A stretch of DNA of 63,361 bases, filler included, from Chiloscyllium plagiosum (GCF_004010195.1; 4 parts of one record of this genome joined end to end with filler, not necessarily neighbours in it), one strand, 5' to 3'. Counted from the whole stretch's first letter, positions 11,115 through 26,012 are shown. Numbers and translations are program-made. Notes: generated by a model not told the origin, from the letters alone.

Positions 11115-14100
11115 TAGATGTGTTCAACATTAGAAGTCAGGAAAAGGGGACCTATAGATTAGTATATGATGACACTGATGTATCCAACAGAATCCTGAAA
11201 GTCTGGACAACAGACAGATGATCTCATTGGAATTAAGATTGCTTTTGTCTTGGGAGATACTGCAGTGAGAGCACATCTGCTAAGAAGGGAGGGGCCACTG
11301 TGTACCTGGATGAGTACTGGCATTCCAAAACTGTCCTGCTGATTGGCAGACAGAAACTGAACATGGCAGTGGGAACATTAGAAAGTGTGAGACCACACTC
11401 TGGTGAGCAGCACATTGTGGCAGGTCTGCAGCTGGCCAAGGAAGAAATGCCCCCAGGCCTCTGGCACTCGGAGGACTGCCAGAAACCAGGTCCCTGCTCA
11501 GTCCTGGACAGGAGAGGACTCTGTGGCACTGGAAGTCAGAGATTTCATCCATTTGCAGAGTGAGGAACCAGAGCAGCAATATTTATGAGAGACATGATGC
11601 CCTCATTCCTCAGCAATGCAGTGAGTCATGTGATCATCTGGCTCACTCCATGGATCATGTCGCGGGCTGCAGTTTTGTTATTTGCCACTTGGAGGTCATT
11701 CAGAGCAAGTGGCAAGTCAATTCTGCCAGGTACATACTCCGATTACATGTCAAGTTTTCTCAAAGTATAGGCTTGTTTGGTAGATAGAAAGCTGAATACT
11801 AATGAGACGAATTGGGCTGTCAACAATCAATAATTCCCTTAATTGGCAACTCAATGCTGCACAAACCGAAGGCCACCATGTCATTTGTGAAAAGCGTAAA
11901 AGATGGCATGAGTTGCTTCTGACCCAGAATGAGACTGGCTGGACTTCTCGTCTGATTGTGCCACACATTTTGCCATTGCCCATGTCACTCAACTGCTGTA
12001 AGATTCTGCGCAATAAATCTAAAAGGCATGCATCTTGCTCTGAGCAAGCACTGACACACCTTGGGGAAAGAACATCCCTGGAATGAGCAGACACAAGACA
12101 ATGGTGACAGGAATAACATGCAGGCATGTAATTAAATACCCTAAATGCTTCAGAGGTATATATGAAAGGCACGTTTTAACAATGACAATTGAAATTGAGA
12201 ACCGGTTTCAAGTCACACCTGCTCTGGAGTGTATAAGAACATCTCTTATAGGTTGATTATAAAATTAGATTGAAAGTGGGACAGAATACAATTGTTACAG
12301 TTCATGAACAATAATGTTTATTTACATTGGGTAACTTGTATTTGCAAATGATAGTCCATGCAAGCTTCATTTGTTTTTTTTTGTGGAAAAGCATACGTTT
12401 GGAGGAATGATTTACATTTTCATATACAGATATCCATTGTATATTAGTTCATATGTTGTAGGGCAATGACCATTATCTCTGCTGTAACTTACTTTTACTT
12501 TAATGTGTGCCAGTCATTAAACACATTACTTGAAACAAAGTGTAACATGCACAAGTGCAAGAGAAGTTGAGTTTGAGGCCTGGAATGTGAGAAAGCAGAG
12601 ACTCACGGTGTAAGGGTTTGTAATTTATATTGCCCTGGCTAGCAGTAATTGCAGTGGAAGTTTAATGGCTGTTGTGGAGAGGCATTGTCTGCTTTAGGAA
12701 AAAGTGATACATTTGAAGAAATAAATGTGCTGAATAATCTTTACACTTCTGGTGTCACTGTGCCATTCAGGTTTGATGGGCACACAGTCGAAACAACATC
12801 AAAAATCACAGGGGAAAAGACACCAACAGAAACTATGGTAGCTGAAGTTAGAATAGAAAGGGATTTTCATGTCAGCGTGGGAGGGAGCTCTCTGTTTTTT
12901 TTCTCTATGCATGTGTTACCACAGTTTGTTTTAAATGTATGTTCTGCAGTCTTGTTATTGGGAATATTTATCTACATTATTAAAGATATTACCCCACATT
13001 ATCGTCTGTGATTATGCCAGCCAAGCCCAGCTTGCTGACTTGGTGTTGACCTTTACAAATGTATTGGGATTAACTAAACTGGGCTGTCAAAGGTGCTGTC
13101 ATCTTTAACACACAGCTCACGATGGAAGGAAGGTAGAAAGTGTTTTTTTTCTGCAAGAGTTCCATGTCTATAACTGCATAAAAGGGAAAAAGGCACATCT
13201 CAATGCCTCCTTTGAAGAATTTTTCAATATAAAAGTACATAAATGGTGCACCAATTTTTTTTTGCCCTTTATTGTTTAATATTCATTAAACATTTCCTAG
13301 CAGCACTAGATGACAATTATATTCTACTATCCCAAATGGTCAGCTTTGCTCCAACCAGTAGTGACACCAAACACTTACAGCTACTATTTCATTGTAAGTG
13401 CTGCAGAAGTGACAACTGAAATACAACGAAAGCAAAAATGAACAGAATCCAGCCTTACATACTAATATGTTTCTGTCTTCCCTCACTAACATTAACATGA
13501 AATTAGTGGAAGGCATATGAAAATCCCATCATTACATTTGTACATTTGTACTTTTAATTGATTATCATTTAACAGTGATCCACCACAGTATCAGGAGAAT
13601 CATCTACAGCTTACCCTCAGGCCAGGGTCTACGTTCATACCCCTTGCCAGCCTAAACCTTATTTCTCCCTGACTGCTCTTTCAATTCTATTTACAACTCC
13701 ATGCACTTTATTTCAGAGTCTATCCTTCAAAACGTGCAAAAAAAAAGTTCAGTCAATCTAATCAATGAAGGAAAATTTGTACAGTATTAAGATATGTAGA
13801 GATATAGTGAGGTAATTTTGGACAAAGATGGAGAAAGGATTATGAACAAAGAAGTGAAAACAATGAAAGAAAACAAATGAGAGCTATTGAGAGAAAGCGT
13901 GAAAGATACATAGAAAGAAGCAAAGGCAAATAAAAAAAGGTAGAAATTGGTAAACGGATAAATAGTTATATAGGGATGGCAGATTTGTTTGGTTTGTGAA
14001 CAGCTGTACTGAAGACCAACTTAACGGTTTGAATTTGTTTAACAATTACATCTGTATTTTTATTGCGAAGACGACACAGTAAATTGCATGGTTAGGTCAC

Positions 14101-16800
14101 TACACTTTCAATATGTTATGAATAAATGCTCACTGAATGCCCTTCAAATACATAGAATAAAACTGCTTATAAATTGACATTGTGATTCACCTGCATCAAA
14201 AGACAGCACATAATTTGATTGAAAATTGAAGACTTCTGCAGAAGTCCTGTAATTCACTAGTCACCAGATTGAAACACATCAGTACATATTCACATAGTAT
14301 GTGGAGGTCTTCAGTGAATTCTAGACATCAAAGTCCACCTTTGTTTGTGTATATGTACTATATATATGGAAACTAATGTTGTAATTTCTGGAGCCTACAA
14401 TGCTGCCCCATGACTCTTGAAGTACTTTAGCTGGTGAGTCATTTCCTGAGAGAGTTGCTTTACTACTGTATGCTTCCAGAATGTTTCAGTTTATTTCTGA
14501 TCAGACTTTATTTATATCTCTCAGTAGATTCAATCAAGAAAATGTGCTGATGCATCTTCCTCAGTCAAGTAAGGAACTATGCAATTTAAATATGTATCTA
14601 TATACACAAGTACAGGTTAAAGGATAAAATTGTCCAAATAGAATTTAATGACGCATTCTAGCAATGAAGTCCTACAGCCAATTCTTTTTTAAAAATCTCA
14701 AGGGCAAAACATGGATGTGTGCAGCGTCATTGCACTGTCCATTTTGTACGTCAGATTCCTTTATCTCGTAATCTGTTTACAATTGACAAGGACAAAGCTC
14801 AAAGATGCCGGCTGGAACAAACGTGGGAAACAGCTGCAGAAAAGCCAAGAGCATTAGGATCTCTGCCTGCTGATCAAACATATTCCCGTTGGTCCACATT
14901 GGATTTCTATTGTGTATGCACTATAAAGGTGATAGTTTCAAATTTGTAGTGTGTCGGATCCCAAGTAACCATTCAGGTGAAATCCTCAATAATGATAGAT
15001 TAAATACAAATCTTTAGCATTGCCTGTCTTTGTCAGTGTGCTTCCTTTTTATCAGTGTCATCAGGTCACCAGTAACTGGCGGTAAAAGACAGCTGAGGGT
15101 CTCCAGCATTACAATTAAGCGGATCTGTTGAGTTATTAAAGTAACATTGAGCTAGCAGAGGTTTGGTAACAATTTCAGCAAATCACAGAAAATTAGCTTA
15201 CTTATTTCATGAATTTTACAAAGGTACATTTCAAACAAACCTGTCCTTCCCAAAAATTTTGAAATTAATATCATATTGCCTTTTGCTTTCTCTGTGCTTT
15301 TGCACAAATAATTTGGGAAAATCAGCAGCCATTAATTTAACCATAACAGCACACAAGAAAACATATTGTTCAACTTGTCATTATAGGTTCACACTTAACT
15401 CATATGATTTCTATCATTTATCTATTACCTGGTGATGACTCATTAAGAATAACCAGTGAAGCTGGGGTAGGTCTTCGCTTTCTGATCTGCGGAAATGCAA
15501 TCAAAACAGAACTAATTGTTTTTACCACAAGCACTCAACTTTTAAAATCAAACTCAAAATTTTTAAACTATCTTTTTAATTTTTAATAGTGAGAAAAGGA
15601 CAAAGAACTAAAATAAGACTTGCTTCAGCATTCATAAAACCCGTTTGAAATTAATGTCTTCGTTTTCCAAATATTTTGTGAAAGGTTCTTCTTTACCTGT
15701 TCAGCTGCCTCGGGGTCTAATTGACTTTGAAATAAAGGCACTGCAAACTGAATCTTCTTTGGACTGTTTGGCTCCATACTGTAGCACAGGAGACTCTAAC
15801 AATCCTGAAAGCAGAAATGAGCTCCTGTTGTTATCCACCGTCACTCCTTAAAGACACAGGGATTGTTGCAGCCTCTCCCAAAGTCTCCCAGTTAGTGAAT
15901 GAAGGTCCTCTGAGCTGCGTCTACTGTACTGAGCAACTCCCTCATTAGACATCCAGGAGCATGTTTGCCTTTGCTCTTGCAATCCTACAGTGCCCTCAAT
16001 ACAAACCATCAAAAACAATGAGCTAATTGTACACCAGCCCAACGCCACAATAGCCAGGCATTTATCCACCGACTAATTTAAAATGCAATGCTGGACTTGA
16101 ATGGCTTTGTGTCCTGGGATTTGAATACACCAGTCCATCTACTATATATTATTAGTAGTCTACTCAAATGTGCAATATAAGCTCCCTTTGGACCCTGCTG
16201 ATGTACTGTTAATTATTGATAAGCACAACTCAGGAAGCTTTTTTCTTTTCTTACATTTGATGGAGTGGATTTCAATGCATGTTCACCTAACTGCTTAGTG
16301 GAGGAATCATAAGTTAAATTCTGCACAATATATTTTGGACTTGAACTGAAGTACAAGAATTAAATAACTTCTGTTCCTCAAAATTTAGACACAAACATGA
16401 ATCTTTCTTAGTTTGAGCTTGGCTCAGATTCAATGTCAGACTGCTCACTCATCCCAATTCTTTGTTACAGGTGCATGCACTCTATCAAGCTTTCACTTCT
16501 GAGAACACAGTTCTCTTATTCAAATAGCATGCCCCCACAACCACAGGTGGAAACTTGCAAATCTTATCCAAGTGTGGCTGGTAGCAAGTTTAACTACGAA
16601 TAAAGATTTTGTTTTGATTATAAAGTGAACAATTAGGCTCACTTTGGCAAATTGATTTCAACACATTTCAGCAAAAGCTTTAGCCTTAGCAGGACCTGAA
16701 TTAAATAATGCAAATTGCTAAATTCATAATAACAACTTGCATTCATAGAACATCTTTAACATGATTATACATCCCAGGAAGCTTCACAGAATCATTATCA

Positions 16801-17125
16801 TTAACCCATTAATCTAGAGACCCAACTAATATTCTGGGAATGCAGGTTCAAATCCCACCATGCCAGATGGTGGAGTTTAAATTCAATTTTTTAAAAAAAT
16901 CTGGAATTAGGTCTAATGATGACTATGAAACCATGTGAATTGTCAGGAGAAACCAATCTGGTTTACTAGTGTCCTTTAGGGAAGGGAAACTGCTGTCATT
17001 AGCTGATGTACATGTGATTCCAGCCCCATGGCAATGTGGTTAATGCTCAACTGCCTTCTGGGTAATTAGAGATGGCTGATAAATGCTGGCCTAACCAGTG
17101 ACACCTGTATCCTGTGAATAATTAC
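16801..17125 (+). mobile_element. tRNA-derived SINE sharing its 3' tail with the LINE at 35740-38530
   Basis: ggttcaaatcccacc (B box)..gtgtcctttagggaagg..ggtaattagagatggctgataaatgctggcc; other copies at 24522, 45405 and 61490. Confidence 0.75.
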
Positions 17126-17596
17126 AAAACAAAGTGTGACACTCAGCTACAATGAGAATACTTAAGTTAGATGACTAAAAGCTCATCAAAGAAGGAAGTT
17201 TAAAAGAATCAAAAAAAGGGTAAAGCAGGATAGCCACATCTATGTGATACAGGGAAGGAATTTCAGGGTCTAAGGTCTAAAGGCATGGTCAACAATGGTG
17301 GAACAATTTGATTAGGAATACACAAGAGACCTGAATTAAGGAAGCACAGATATTTCGGAAGCTGGTACATTTGGTGGGGATCACCAGGATAGGGAAAGGA
17401 GAGGCCAAGATGAAATTTGAAAACAAGGTTAAGAATTTTAAAATCAAGATTTGCTTGAGTGGGAACTAATACTGGTCAGTCAGCAAAGAGCAATAAGGGA
17501 ACAATACTTGCTTCAACTTAAGGCATATGTAGTAGGTGTTTGGATAACTTTGTTTATGGAGGGTAGAATGTGGGATCAGCCAGGAGTTGGTTGAGA

Positions 17597-17755
17597 TGAG
17601 GAGAAAATGAGGACTGCAGATGCTGGAGATTAGAGTCAAGAGTGTGGTGCTGGAAAAGTACAGCAGGGTCTGAGGAGGAGGAGAATCTGTGTTTTGTGCA
17701 TAAGCCCTTCATCAGGAATGAGACATGTGGGCCAGGGTACTGAGAGATAAATGTG
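17597..17755 (-). mobile_element. PLE 3' end with decayed hammerhead
   Basis: gaggactgcagatgctggag..taagcccttcatcaggaatg. Confidence 0.75.
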
Positions 17756-18944
17756 AAAATAATTGAGATGTTTGTTGACATGATCAAATCAAGAGGGAAC
17801 AAAAGCACAAATGAGGATGTCAGCAGCCAGTGAGCTGAGACCGGATCAAAGTCAAGTGATACTATGGAAGAGGAAATACATATAAGACGCTACAAATGAG
17901 ATTAACAGATCATCCTAGGATTAAATATGATACTTGCATTGTGAACAGACCAATTGTTTGAACAAAACAGATTTGTAGCTGTTAAAATCACCTGTAAAAT
18001 AACCCCACATTTGAAAGCCATCAGCCACATTAGAATAAGGTTTGGATTTTTAAGTATATGGTGTGTGAACACTACTGCTGCATGCTCAAAATGAAGGTCT
18101 GATGAAGTGCATACACCTGCACTAAAGTACAGGAATGACTGAGCAGTATGACATTGAATCCAAGCCAAAATCGAACCATAAAAATCATAGATCCTTTCTT
18201 CCAATGCAATCATAAAGTAGAAAGCTGGCTTAAGCCCAAATTTTAAAAAAAAAGTACCTGCTGTTGTGGTCATACCTAGTATAGGCACAGCTTTCTGTTC
18301 ATTGGATGGAGATCAACATGACCTTCAAAGCAGTATTTCACTCACCCACCATTGCAGCTGAAGGAAGCTTTTAGGGAGGAGAGCATGTGAAAAACTGTGA
18401 AGTGAATGTTACCCAGGTGTGACTGAGCACAACTAACTAAACTGCTGTTTAGCCTGTGTGAAACGTTAATATTGACAGGTGGAGCTGTTGGAAGTGATTC
18501 ATGCAAATGACAAAAATATTGGTCAATTTAGTCAATTTGAATAAATCTAGAGATATTAGCAATTCTGAGCAAGTCTGTATAATTGAAATCTGCATGTTGT
18601 CTCATTTCCTTCTGATTTTCGCATCTGTCCTTTTCAAGGTCCTCGTCAAATCCTAAACAGTGAATGTTAATACTACCGTGGTACACTTCTTAGCAGTTAT
18701 CCACATTAGTGGCTATCTGCAGCATGTTCCCTAACTTTGCCATTATGAGGTGCCAGCCCTTAACCTGGGAAGCAAGTGGTGCAGCTGGATCAGGAGCTGA
18801 AACATAAAGAAAAAGAAAGGCAGGATAAGTATCAACGCCAGGGACTTCATCAAAGAGTTCTTCATGTGAACCAACCCTGTCTATTCCAACATACCAGCAG
18901 TTCCAAAGTCCTTATTACTATCTTTACGACCACTACTCATGAGT

Positions 18945-19173
18945 CACACAGTGAGTGGTGCATATTTGGAATGAACTGCCAGAGGAAGTGGTAAAGGTGA
19001 GCACGATTACAACATTTAAAAGACATTTGGACAGGAATATGGATCGGAAAGGTTTAGAGGGATATGGGCCCCCAAACACAAACAAATGGGAATAGTTCAG
19101 TTTAGGGAACCTGGTCAACATAGACAGGTTGGGCCAAAGGGCCTGTTTCCATGCTGCATGACTCTATGACTCT
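18945..19173 (+). mobile_element. CR1/HER1 3' end
   Basis: tggaatgaactgccagaggaagtggt..gggcctgtttccatgctgcatgactctatgactct. Confidence 0.85.
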
Positions 19174-20189
19174 TCAATTAGTCCAACTAAAGTCCCTCTC
19201 TTTACCCCACCCCAAATCCAGAACAAAATGAATTCATTAATCAACCAAATTCCTTCTGTAGCAAACAATTCAGAAAAGTAGTTACAATTGAGCCTGCCCT
19301 GCATTCTCAGTCACCTATCTCAGTTTTCCTGCCTCGTGTTTCCCCATTGACTGCAACTTGGGAGCTGAAAGGCTGCTGAGTAGCCACTGAGAACATTTAA
19401 GGTGACTGTGGTCAGTGACTTCAAGCAGCTCTAGTGCTTGAAGAATCAGGTGCAGACCGCAGCAGCATCATGCCATGGAGTGGAATAATATAACTCAGCT
19501 GGCTAAGAAAACTGAAGCCATGGCTGAGTAGATACCAGGGAGAAAGCATGTTAACATGCTGATAGACAACAGCAGATGCCTCATCCCTGAAGCTAAGACC
19601 ACTCAAGTGAGGATATGCATCAACAATGCCATGGTGCTATACAAATACTTAGGGTAGGAGTGACATGACATGTACCCTTGAGATGGTTATCAACACTGGG
19701 TCCCCAAAAGCAAGAGGTGGCAGCTATTGGAGCAATCAGGAAACTCCCTGATAATGGGTAGTTCTGTTATGTGAAGAAGCTAATCGCTGAGTCTCCATTT
19801 TCAGTAAAAGAAAACCTTGATACAAGTTGAAACTGGATGTCTACACGCTCTGCAATATTGTGGACAAGTTCGTGAGAAGAATACAACTTTCCAATATATG
19901 CATGTCAGTCTTTTTTGCTAGCCTGAGTTCCAAAAGCAGTATCAGAGTCCCGGCCAGCAGAGAATGCATGCCCTCTCATCCTTTGCAAACTGATATCTCT
20001 GACACCCCATCCCCTTCACATAGCTCCTGCACACTTGTGCCAAGTGATTCACTGTGTGAATATGTAAACTCTGGTCTAGCCTCGACAGTATGTGCAGAGC
20101 CAATATCAGAGCTGCTGGTGGTTGTGAGGATCAGATTGAGTGCTGAAGCATCATAAGAAAGGTTGGTTCTTCTTTCGAAAGCAGCAGAT

Positions 20190-20235
20190 ATCTGTCTATC
20201 TATCTATCTATCTATATAAATATATATTTATATAT
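20190..20235. repeat. (TATC)n/(TA)n microsatellite
   Basis: tctatctatctatctatctatataaatatatatttatata. Confidence 0.85.
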
Positions 20236-20457
20236 CCCCCACATGCTCAGCGCTGAGAATTGAAGAAAGGGACTTTCTTAAATTTTGATGTAAAGTAAGA
20301 GCAGTAAAAGTGACCAGTGAAAGCAAATGCAGTGTGTCTTGCAGAATGAGGAATAATATGAGATAGGAGTAAAAAGATGAAAAAGAGATAAGTATGAAGA
20401 AATCTTATGTGACAGTTTCCCAATGCCACCAGGAGCTACACCAAGGCACAGCCCTCA

Positions 20458-21327
20458 GGAAATAGTGAGGACTGCAGATGCGGGAGAGTCAGAGTTGAAA
20501 AGTGTAGTGCTGGAAAATCACAGCTGGTCCCCACCCCATCTGCATTCCATAGAGACCATTCCCACTCCGACACCCTCTTTAGGTCCACATTACCCACCAA
20601 CTCACCCTCTACACCCGGTACCTTCCCCTTGCTATCGTACAAGGTGTAAACCTGCGCCCACACTTCTCGCCCCATCTTTGTCCATGGCCCCACAGGATCA
20701 TTTCACATCTAACAGAGGTTTTCCTGCACATCCTCCCACCTCATTTACTGCATCCATTGCTCTTGATGTGGTCCCCTCTACACTGGGGAGACAACACACT
20801 AACTTGCTGAGCAATTCTGGGACACACACACCAACCAATCCCATTGCCCTATGGCCAACACTTCAATTACCCTTCCCATTTCCCAGGGACATGCAAGTCT
20901 TGGGCATCCTCCACTGCCAAATCAAATCCACTTTCTGAATGGAGGAAGAACACCTCATCTTCTGCCTTGGGACCCTTCAACCACACAGCATCAACATTGA
21001 CTTCACTAGTTTCCAAAACTACCCATCCTCCAGCTCATCCCAGATCCAAACCTCTAACTCATCACCGCCGTCTTGACCTGTCCTACCTGTTCATCTTCCT
21101 TCTCACCTATCCACTCTATCCTCCCCACTGAACTATCATAATTACCTCCGACCTACATCCACCTAACACCATCTCACCTACCTTTCCCCCAGCCCCATTC
21201 CCCATTTATCTCTCAGCGCCCTTCCACCTCCACATTTCTGATGAAGGGCTCATTCCCAAAATGTCAACTCTTCTGCTCTTTGGATGCTGCCTGACCTGCA
21301 GTGCTTTTCAAATGCCACCCTTTTAGA
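20458..21327 (+). mobile_element. Penelope-like element: decayed GIY-YIG region and 3' end, with an inverted terminal fragment at 20458-20527
   Basis: Frameshifted PGTFPC..RCKTCAH..FSCTSSHLIYCIHCS*CGPLYTGET; ctgatgaagggctc at 21238; inverted gtgaggactgcagatgc at the 5' end. Confidence 0.8.
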
Positions 21328-21509
21328 CAATGACATTGCTCCTGTCCATGATGACAGTTACTCTGAGGTTATGCAGTTGGGCTTCTCTTCATTCACTGGT
21401 GGTCTGCTATCTGGATCCGTGCATGAACTTCTCCAGCAAGAAAGAACAAAAGAACAAAATATGTTCTTTCATGTGAAGAATTTAGAGAATGTGCTTCTCA
21501 TGGTGAAAC

Positions 21510-23185
21510 AGAGTCATAGAGTCATTGATTCCTACAGCACAGAGACAGGCCCTTTGGCCCAAACTGGTCCATGCCGACCAAAATGTCCATCCATGCTAAC
21601 ACCATTTCCCTGCACTTGGCCATATCCTTCTAATCATTTCCTCTCCATGTATTTGTTCAAATGCCTTTTAAATGTTGTACCCGCGTCAATCACTTCTGCT
21701 AGCAGCTCATTCCATATGCGTACCACCCTCTGTGTAAAAACGTCCCTCAGGTTCCTTTTTATTCTTTCCCCTCTCACCTTAAACTGATGTCCTCTATTCC
21801 TCAATTCCCCAATCCTGGGAAAAGACTGAGTATTTTCATCTTATCTATGCTTGTCATGATCTTATACACTTCTATAAGATCCCCCTCAGTCTCCTATGCT
21901 CTAAACAAAAAAGTCCTAGTTTGTCCACCCTCTCCTATAACTCAGTCCCTTGAGTCCTGGCAACATCCTTGTAAATTTCTTCTGCACTTTTTCCAGTTAA
22001 TAACATCCTTCCTATAGCAAGATGACCAAAACTGAACACAATACTCCAAGTATGGCCTCACCAACATCCTGTACAACTGCAACATAACTTTCCAACTTCT
22101 ATACTCAGCGCCCTGACTGAAGGCCAGTGTGCCAAAAGCATTCTTCACTGCGCTGTCTACCTGTGACTCCACTTTCAGAGAACCATGCACCTGATCTCCA
22201 AGGTCCCTCTGTTCCACTACACTCCTTAAGGCCTTCCATTCACCATGAAACCTCTATTTTGATTTGACTGTCTAAAATGCAACTCCCACTTATCCATATA
22301 ACACTCCATTTGCCATTTCTCAGCCCACTTCTCCAGCTGATCAAGATCCTGCTGCAATTTCTGATCAGCTTCCTCAATGTCCATGATACCGCCTATTTTA
22401 GTTTCATCTGTAAACTTGCTAATCATGCCTTATACATTCTCATTCAAATCATTGATATAGATATCAAACAGCAATTGGCCCAGCACCGACCCCTGAGATA
22501 CGCCACTAGTCACAGGCCTCCACTCCAACAAGCATCCTTCCACTATTACACTCTGCTCCCTACCATCAAGACAATTGTCTATCCAATTTGCCAGGTCTCC
22601 CTGGATTCCATGTGATCTAACCTTCCAGAGCAGCCTATCATGTGGAACATTATCAAAGGATATACTGAAGTCCATATACACTATGTCTACTGCCCTGCCC
22701 TCATCAACTTTCCTGGTCACTTCATCAAAGAACTCTAACAAATTTGTGAAACATGATCTCTTACATGATAGCCATGTTGACTATTTCTAATCAAACCATG
22801 TCTTTCCTTGTGCATGTATATCTTATCCCTCAGAATCTTCTCAAGTAATTTACCTATCATAAATGTGAGGCTTAAAGGTCTATAGTTCCCAGGCTTTTCT
22901 TTGCAGCTCTACTTGAATAAGGGTACAACATTCATTACCCTCCTGTCTTCCAAGACCTCACCTGTGGCTAACAATGATACAAGTATATCAGCCAGGGCCC
23001 CTGCAATTTCTTCTCTAGCCTCTTGCAGGATTCTTGTATATATCTAGTCAGGACCAGGAGATTTATCCACTTTCATATATCCATTAAGTTCAAAACATCC
23101 TCTACTGTGTTATGGACTGTCCCCAAGATATCACCACTAACTTCCCCAAGTTGCCAAATCTTCATGTCTTTCTCCTTTAATGTAC
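21510..23185 (-). pseudogene. CR1 ORF2 reverse transcriptase remnant with 3' UTR
   Basis: VDIVYMDFSISFDNVPH, SGVSQGSVLG, SKFTDETKIG, LVRPYLEYCVQFWS; agagtcatagagtc tail. Confidence 0.92.
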
Positions 23186-24521
23186 ATAAAGAATCTCTTT
23201 GGATTAACTCTAATCTTCTCAGCTCAGTGTGTATAACATTTTTGGTCTCATCGTGCTACTAAACTATATTTACTGAATCTACAGAGATAAGCAAATCAGT
23301 ACCTTTACATAAGACACATTATACTGGAGAGAAGTGGATGTTGCAAAGATGAGGAATATCAATATAAGAAGAAGAAGGTGCAGGGCAGTCATTGTGGAGA
23401 AGCAAAGGTAGTTGCTGGAGGGAAGTATTGTGACTATTAAGGCTGGAAGCGATGGAACAATTAGTTGAGCATCAGAAAACTGAATTCTTAACATGATAAC
23501 TCAAGTCATTGAATATCTTTTGGCATTGAAGTCACAAGTTAGAACCCAAATTCCAGGTGGTGACTTAAGCCATGACATTTTCCTACTTGTGGCAGAACTT
23601 TTACCTGAAGGGCTTTTTGTCTCCAAAAGGACCAGGACTTCGCTCAGTCTAAATTGTGAACCAGCATTTCCAAAACATTGAAGAATCTGGAATATAATCT
23701 ACACATCAAGCAGCCATTTCCCTCCTTAGAAATATTTCTGTGGTGTTTGCAGCTTGAGTGCACTTTCCTTTAAGAAATCCTAGCTCTGTTTGAACAACAT
23801 CAAATATACCCTATTTGAAGTCCCAAACAGCATGTAGTCAGTTATTAAGGATGGGTGGCATTGGTTACAAGCCTGACTCATAATGAACATATAGGACAAA
23901 TATTATATGCTGCTTGGTGTTGCAAACATGTGATTCATACTTCATGTGTTTTAGAGGTATAACTTTTAGTTTTAGGTTTGTTCCTTTTTAGGGATGTAAA
24001 GTGTTAAATGTAACCTGAATAAGAATCTATTAAACCAACATTAAAGTGAAAGCAAATCAAATAAATTTGAGTTAATTTCAATTAAAAAGTAACTTGTGTT
24101 TACCTTACATGGTCACGGTAGAACATGAATAGATGCTAAACAATGTATGAGACATTTCTGCACCTTAGTGCAACCAGGGATTCTGGAGAATCATATCCAT
24201 TAGAGATATAAATAATTCATATGGGTCACAAAATAAATGTTCTTGCTTTGGGATGTTAAAATAGTTCATTTTCATTTCTGTTTGGAAAATCCCAAAGCGT
24301 GCTATGTTGCCATAGAAATTGGTTGTGGGGCGTAAATTATTCTTTTGTTTAATTTATCGGAGTGTTTTTTCACAGGAGGCATTTGTAAATTTAGTCTCTA
24401 GGTTACAATTTATTTAAGGTTCGTAAGGGAAAAGGCACGGGAAGAATGACCTAGTTTGAAACTAAAGGAAGAAATCTGTAGTGACCCTCACAGTGAAATT
24501 TAAGCAATTCGCTTGGATAAT

Positions 24522-24800
24522 AGGGGAGGAAATGACTTAGTGGCATTATCACTAGACTATTAATCCAGAAACTCAAATTATGCTCTGGACAGCTGCATTC
24601 AAATCTTGCCAAGGATATGGTGGAATTTGAGTTCAATAAAGAATCTGGAATTAAGGGCTTAACAATGACCATTGTTAGATTGTTTGAAAAAAACATTTGG
24701 TTCACTAATGTCCTTTAGGGATGTAAACTGCCATCCTTACCTGGTCTAGCCAAAGTGTGACTCCAGACCCATTGCAACACGGTTGATTCTTAATTGCCAT
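24522..24800 (+). mobile_element. tRNA-derived SINE
   Basis: tagtggcattatcactagactattaatccaga..ggttcactaatgtcctttaggga.. Confidence 0.75.
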
Positions 24801-26012
24801 ACAATGTGAAGAGTTTCAGATTCACTCAACAGGCTGTTCTTTTGGCCAACCTAATTACTGTCCAAAAACCCTTACTAGAAATTCATGTGAATACACGGAA
24901 ACTGAGTCTAGGCAAGATTAGGTTCAGCAGTGTTGGACTCTTTAGATGAATAATCTGCTATCACAATGAATGCTCATTTGGAGTCAGAACTACATGGTGA
25001 TTATCCAGCATGGAACTGTATTCTATTAAAGCAGTCAACACCTGCAAAAGAGAATAGAGGGAAGGTATTAAAGAAAACAGTGTGGCCATGAATTGGATCT
25101 AGTTTGATGCTTGAGTATAATTGCATCACTTTTTTTACGTTTTTTTTTATATAGCATTTCCTGATGGTTATAACTGATCATGTACATATCCAAGTAGTTG
25201 GGGAGAAAAAGCAGTTTTGTTTTTAGTCGTGTGTGTGTGTAGGTGACGGATACAGCGAAAAACAAGAAGTGTGTAAATCTTTATTTATGTACCACCACCA
25301 GGAAGAAAGGAAGCACCCGAGTGGCCAATGACAAGCAGTGCCCTTCTCAGAGGGCAATACTGCATGATCAAACAGTGAAGGGGAGGGCAGGGATTAAATC
25401 AAAGCAGAATTAGAGGGGGTAAATAATGCATCACTTTTGTTTTGTCTCATTGTTCAGGGTTAATTGAATTTTTTTGGCTCTGTCATCTGAATTACTTTAG
25501 ACTGTGATTAGACAAATAAGCAGAAGCGCCTTGTTAAGATAAATTGGTTTTGGCAGGGCCAGATAGTTAGTAAAAATCAAATCAAATTAACTTTACCAAC
25601 TTCTAAATTTTTAAAGAGAGCACATTCATTGCATTTCAATCTGCATCCTCCTGAGTGACATAGGGTGATTTGGAGAACATTGATTGAAATTGAGGACACT
25701 TCCTGGATTCCATACATCATCACTCCATTCCCCACATTCCTGGAAGGGAAGAATAACTGGAAAAAGAAAATGAAAAATAAATATGATGTAAGCATGCCCA
25801 AAGATATGTATTACCAATGAATTAGGCCTAGCTGTAAGTAGTCCTCTGAGGCCAAATAATCAGCGACATAATCATCTGTCAAGTACCAACCCAGCCCCAA
25901 ATCTGGGCCAAAATGTATCAGACTTCCTTCTTTTCAGTTCTTACTCTTTGCCTTTTCCTTTGTAGATTTGACTACTATGCTACTGTGCCGCAGCGTGGAT
26001 GGTGTGCAGTAG

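Larger units (their letters stand above)
16729..17900 (-). mobile_element. L2-type LINE 3' region interrupted by a SINE and a PLE fragment
   Basis: aacaacttgcattcatagaacatctttaac..gcttcacaga (L2-like 3' end) resumes after 17125 with gggaaggaatttcagggtc..aaggcatggtcaacaatggtgg. Confidence 0.55.

Noticed and set aside
11233..12172. Cluster of overlapping GC-richer ORFs
   Set aside because: No recognisable domain or splice pattern; probably a decayed transposon that I cannot assign.
18640..20160. Possible Harbinger-like remnants, also at ~45090-45960
   Set aside because: The similarity is too faint to support without a profile search.
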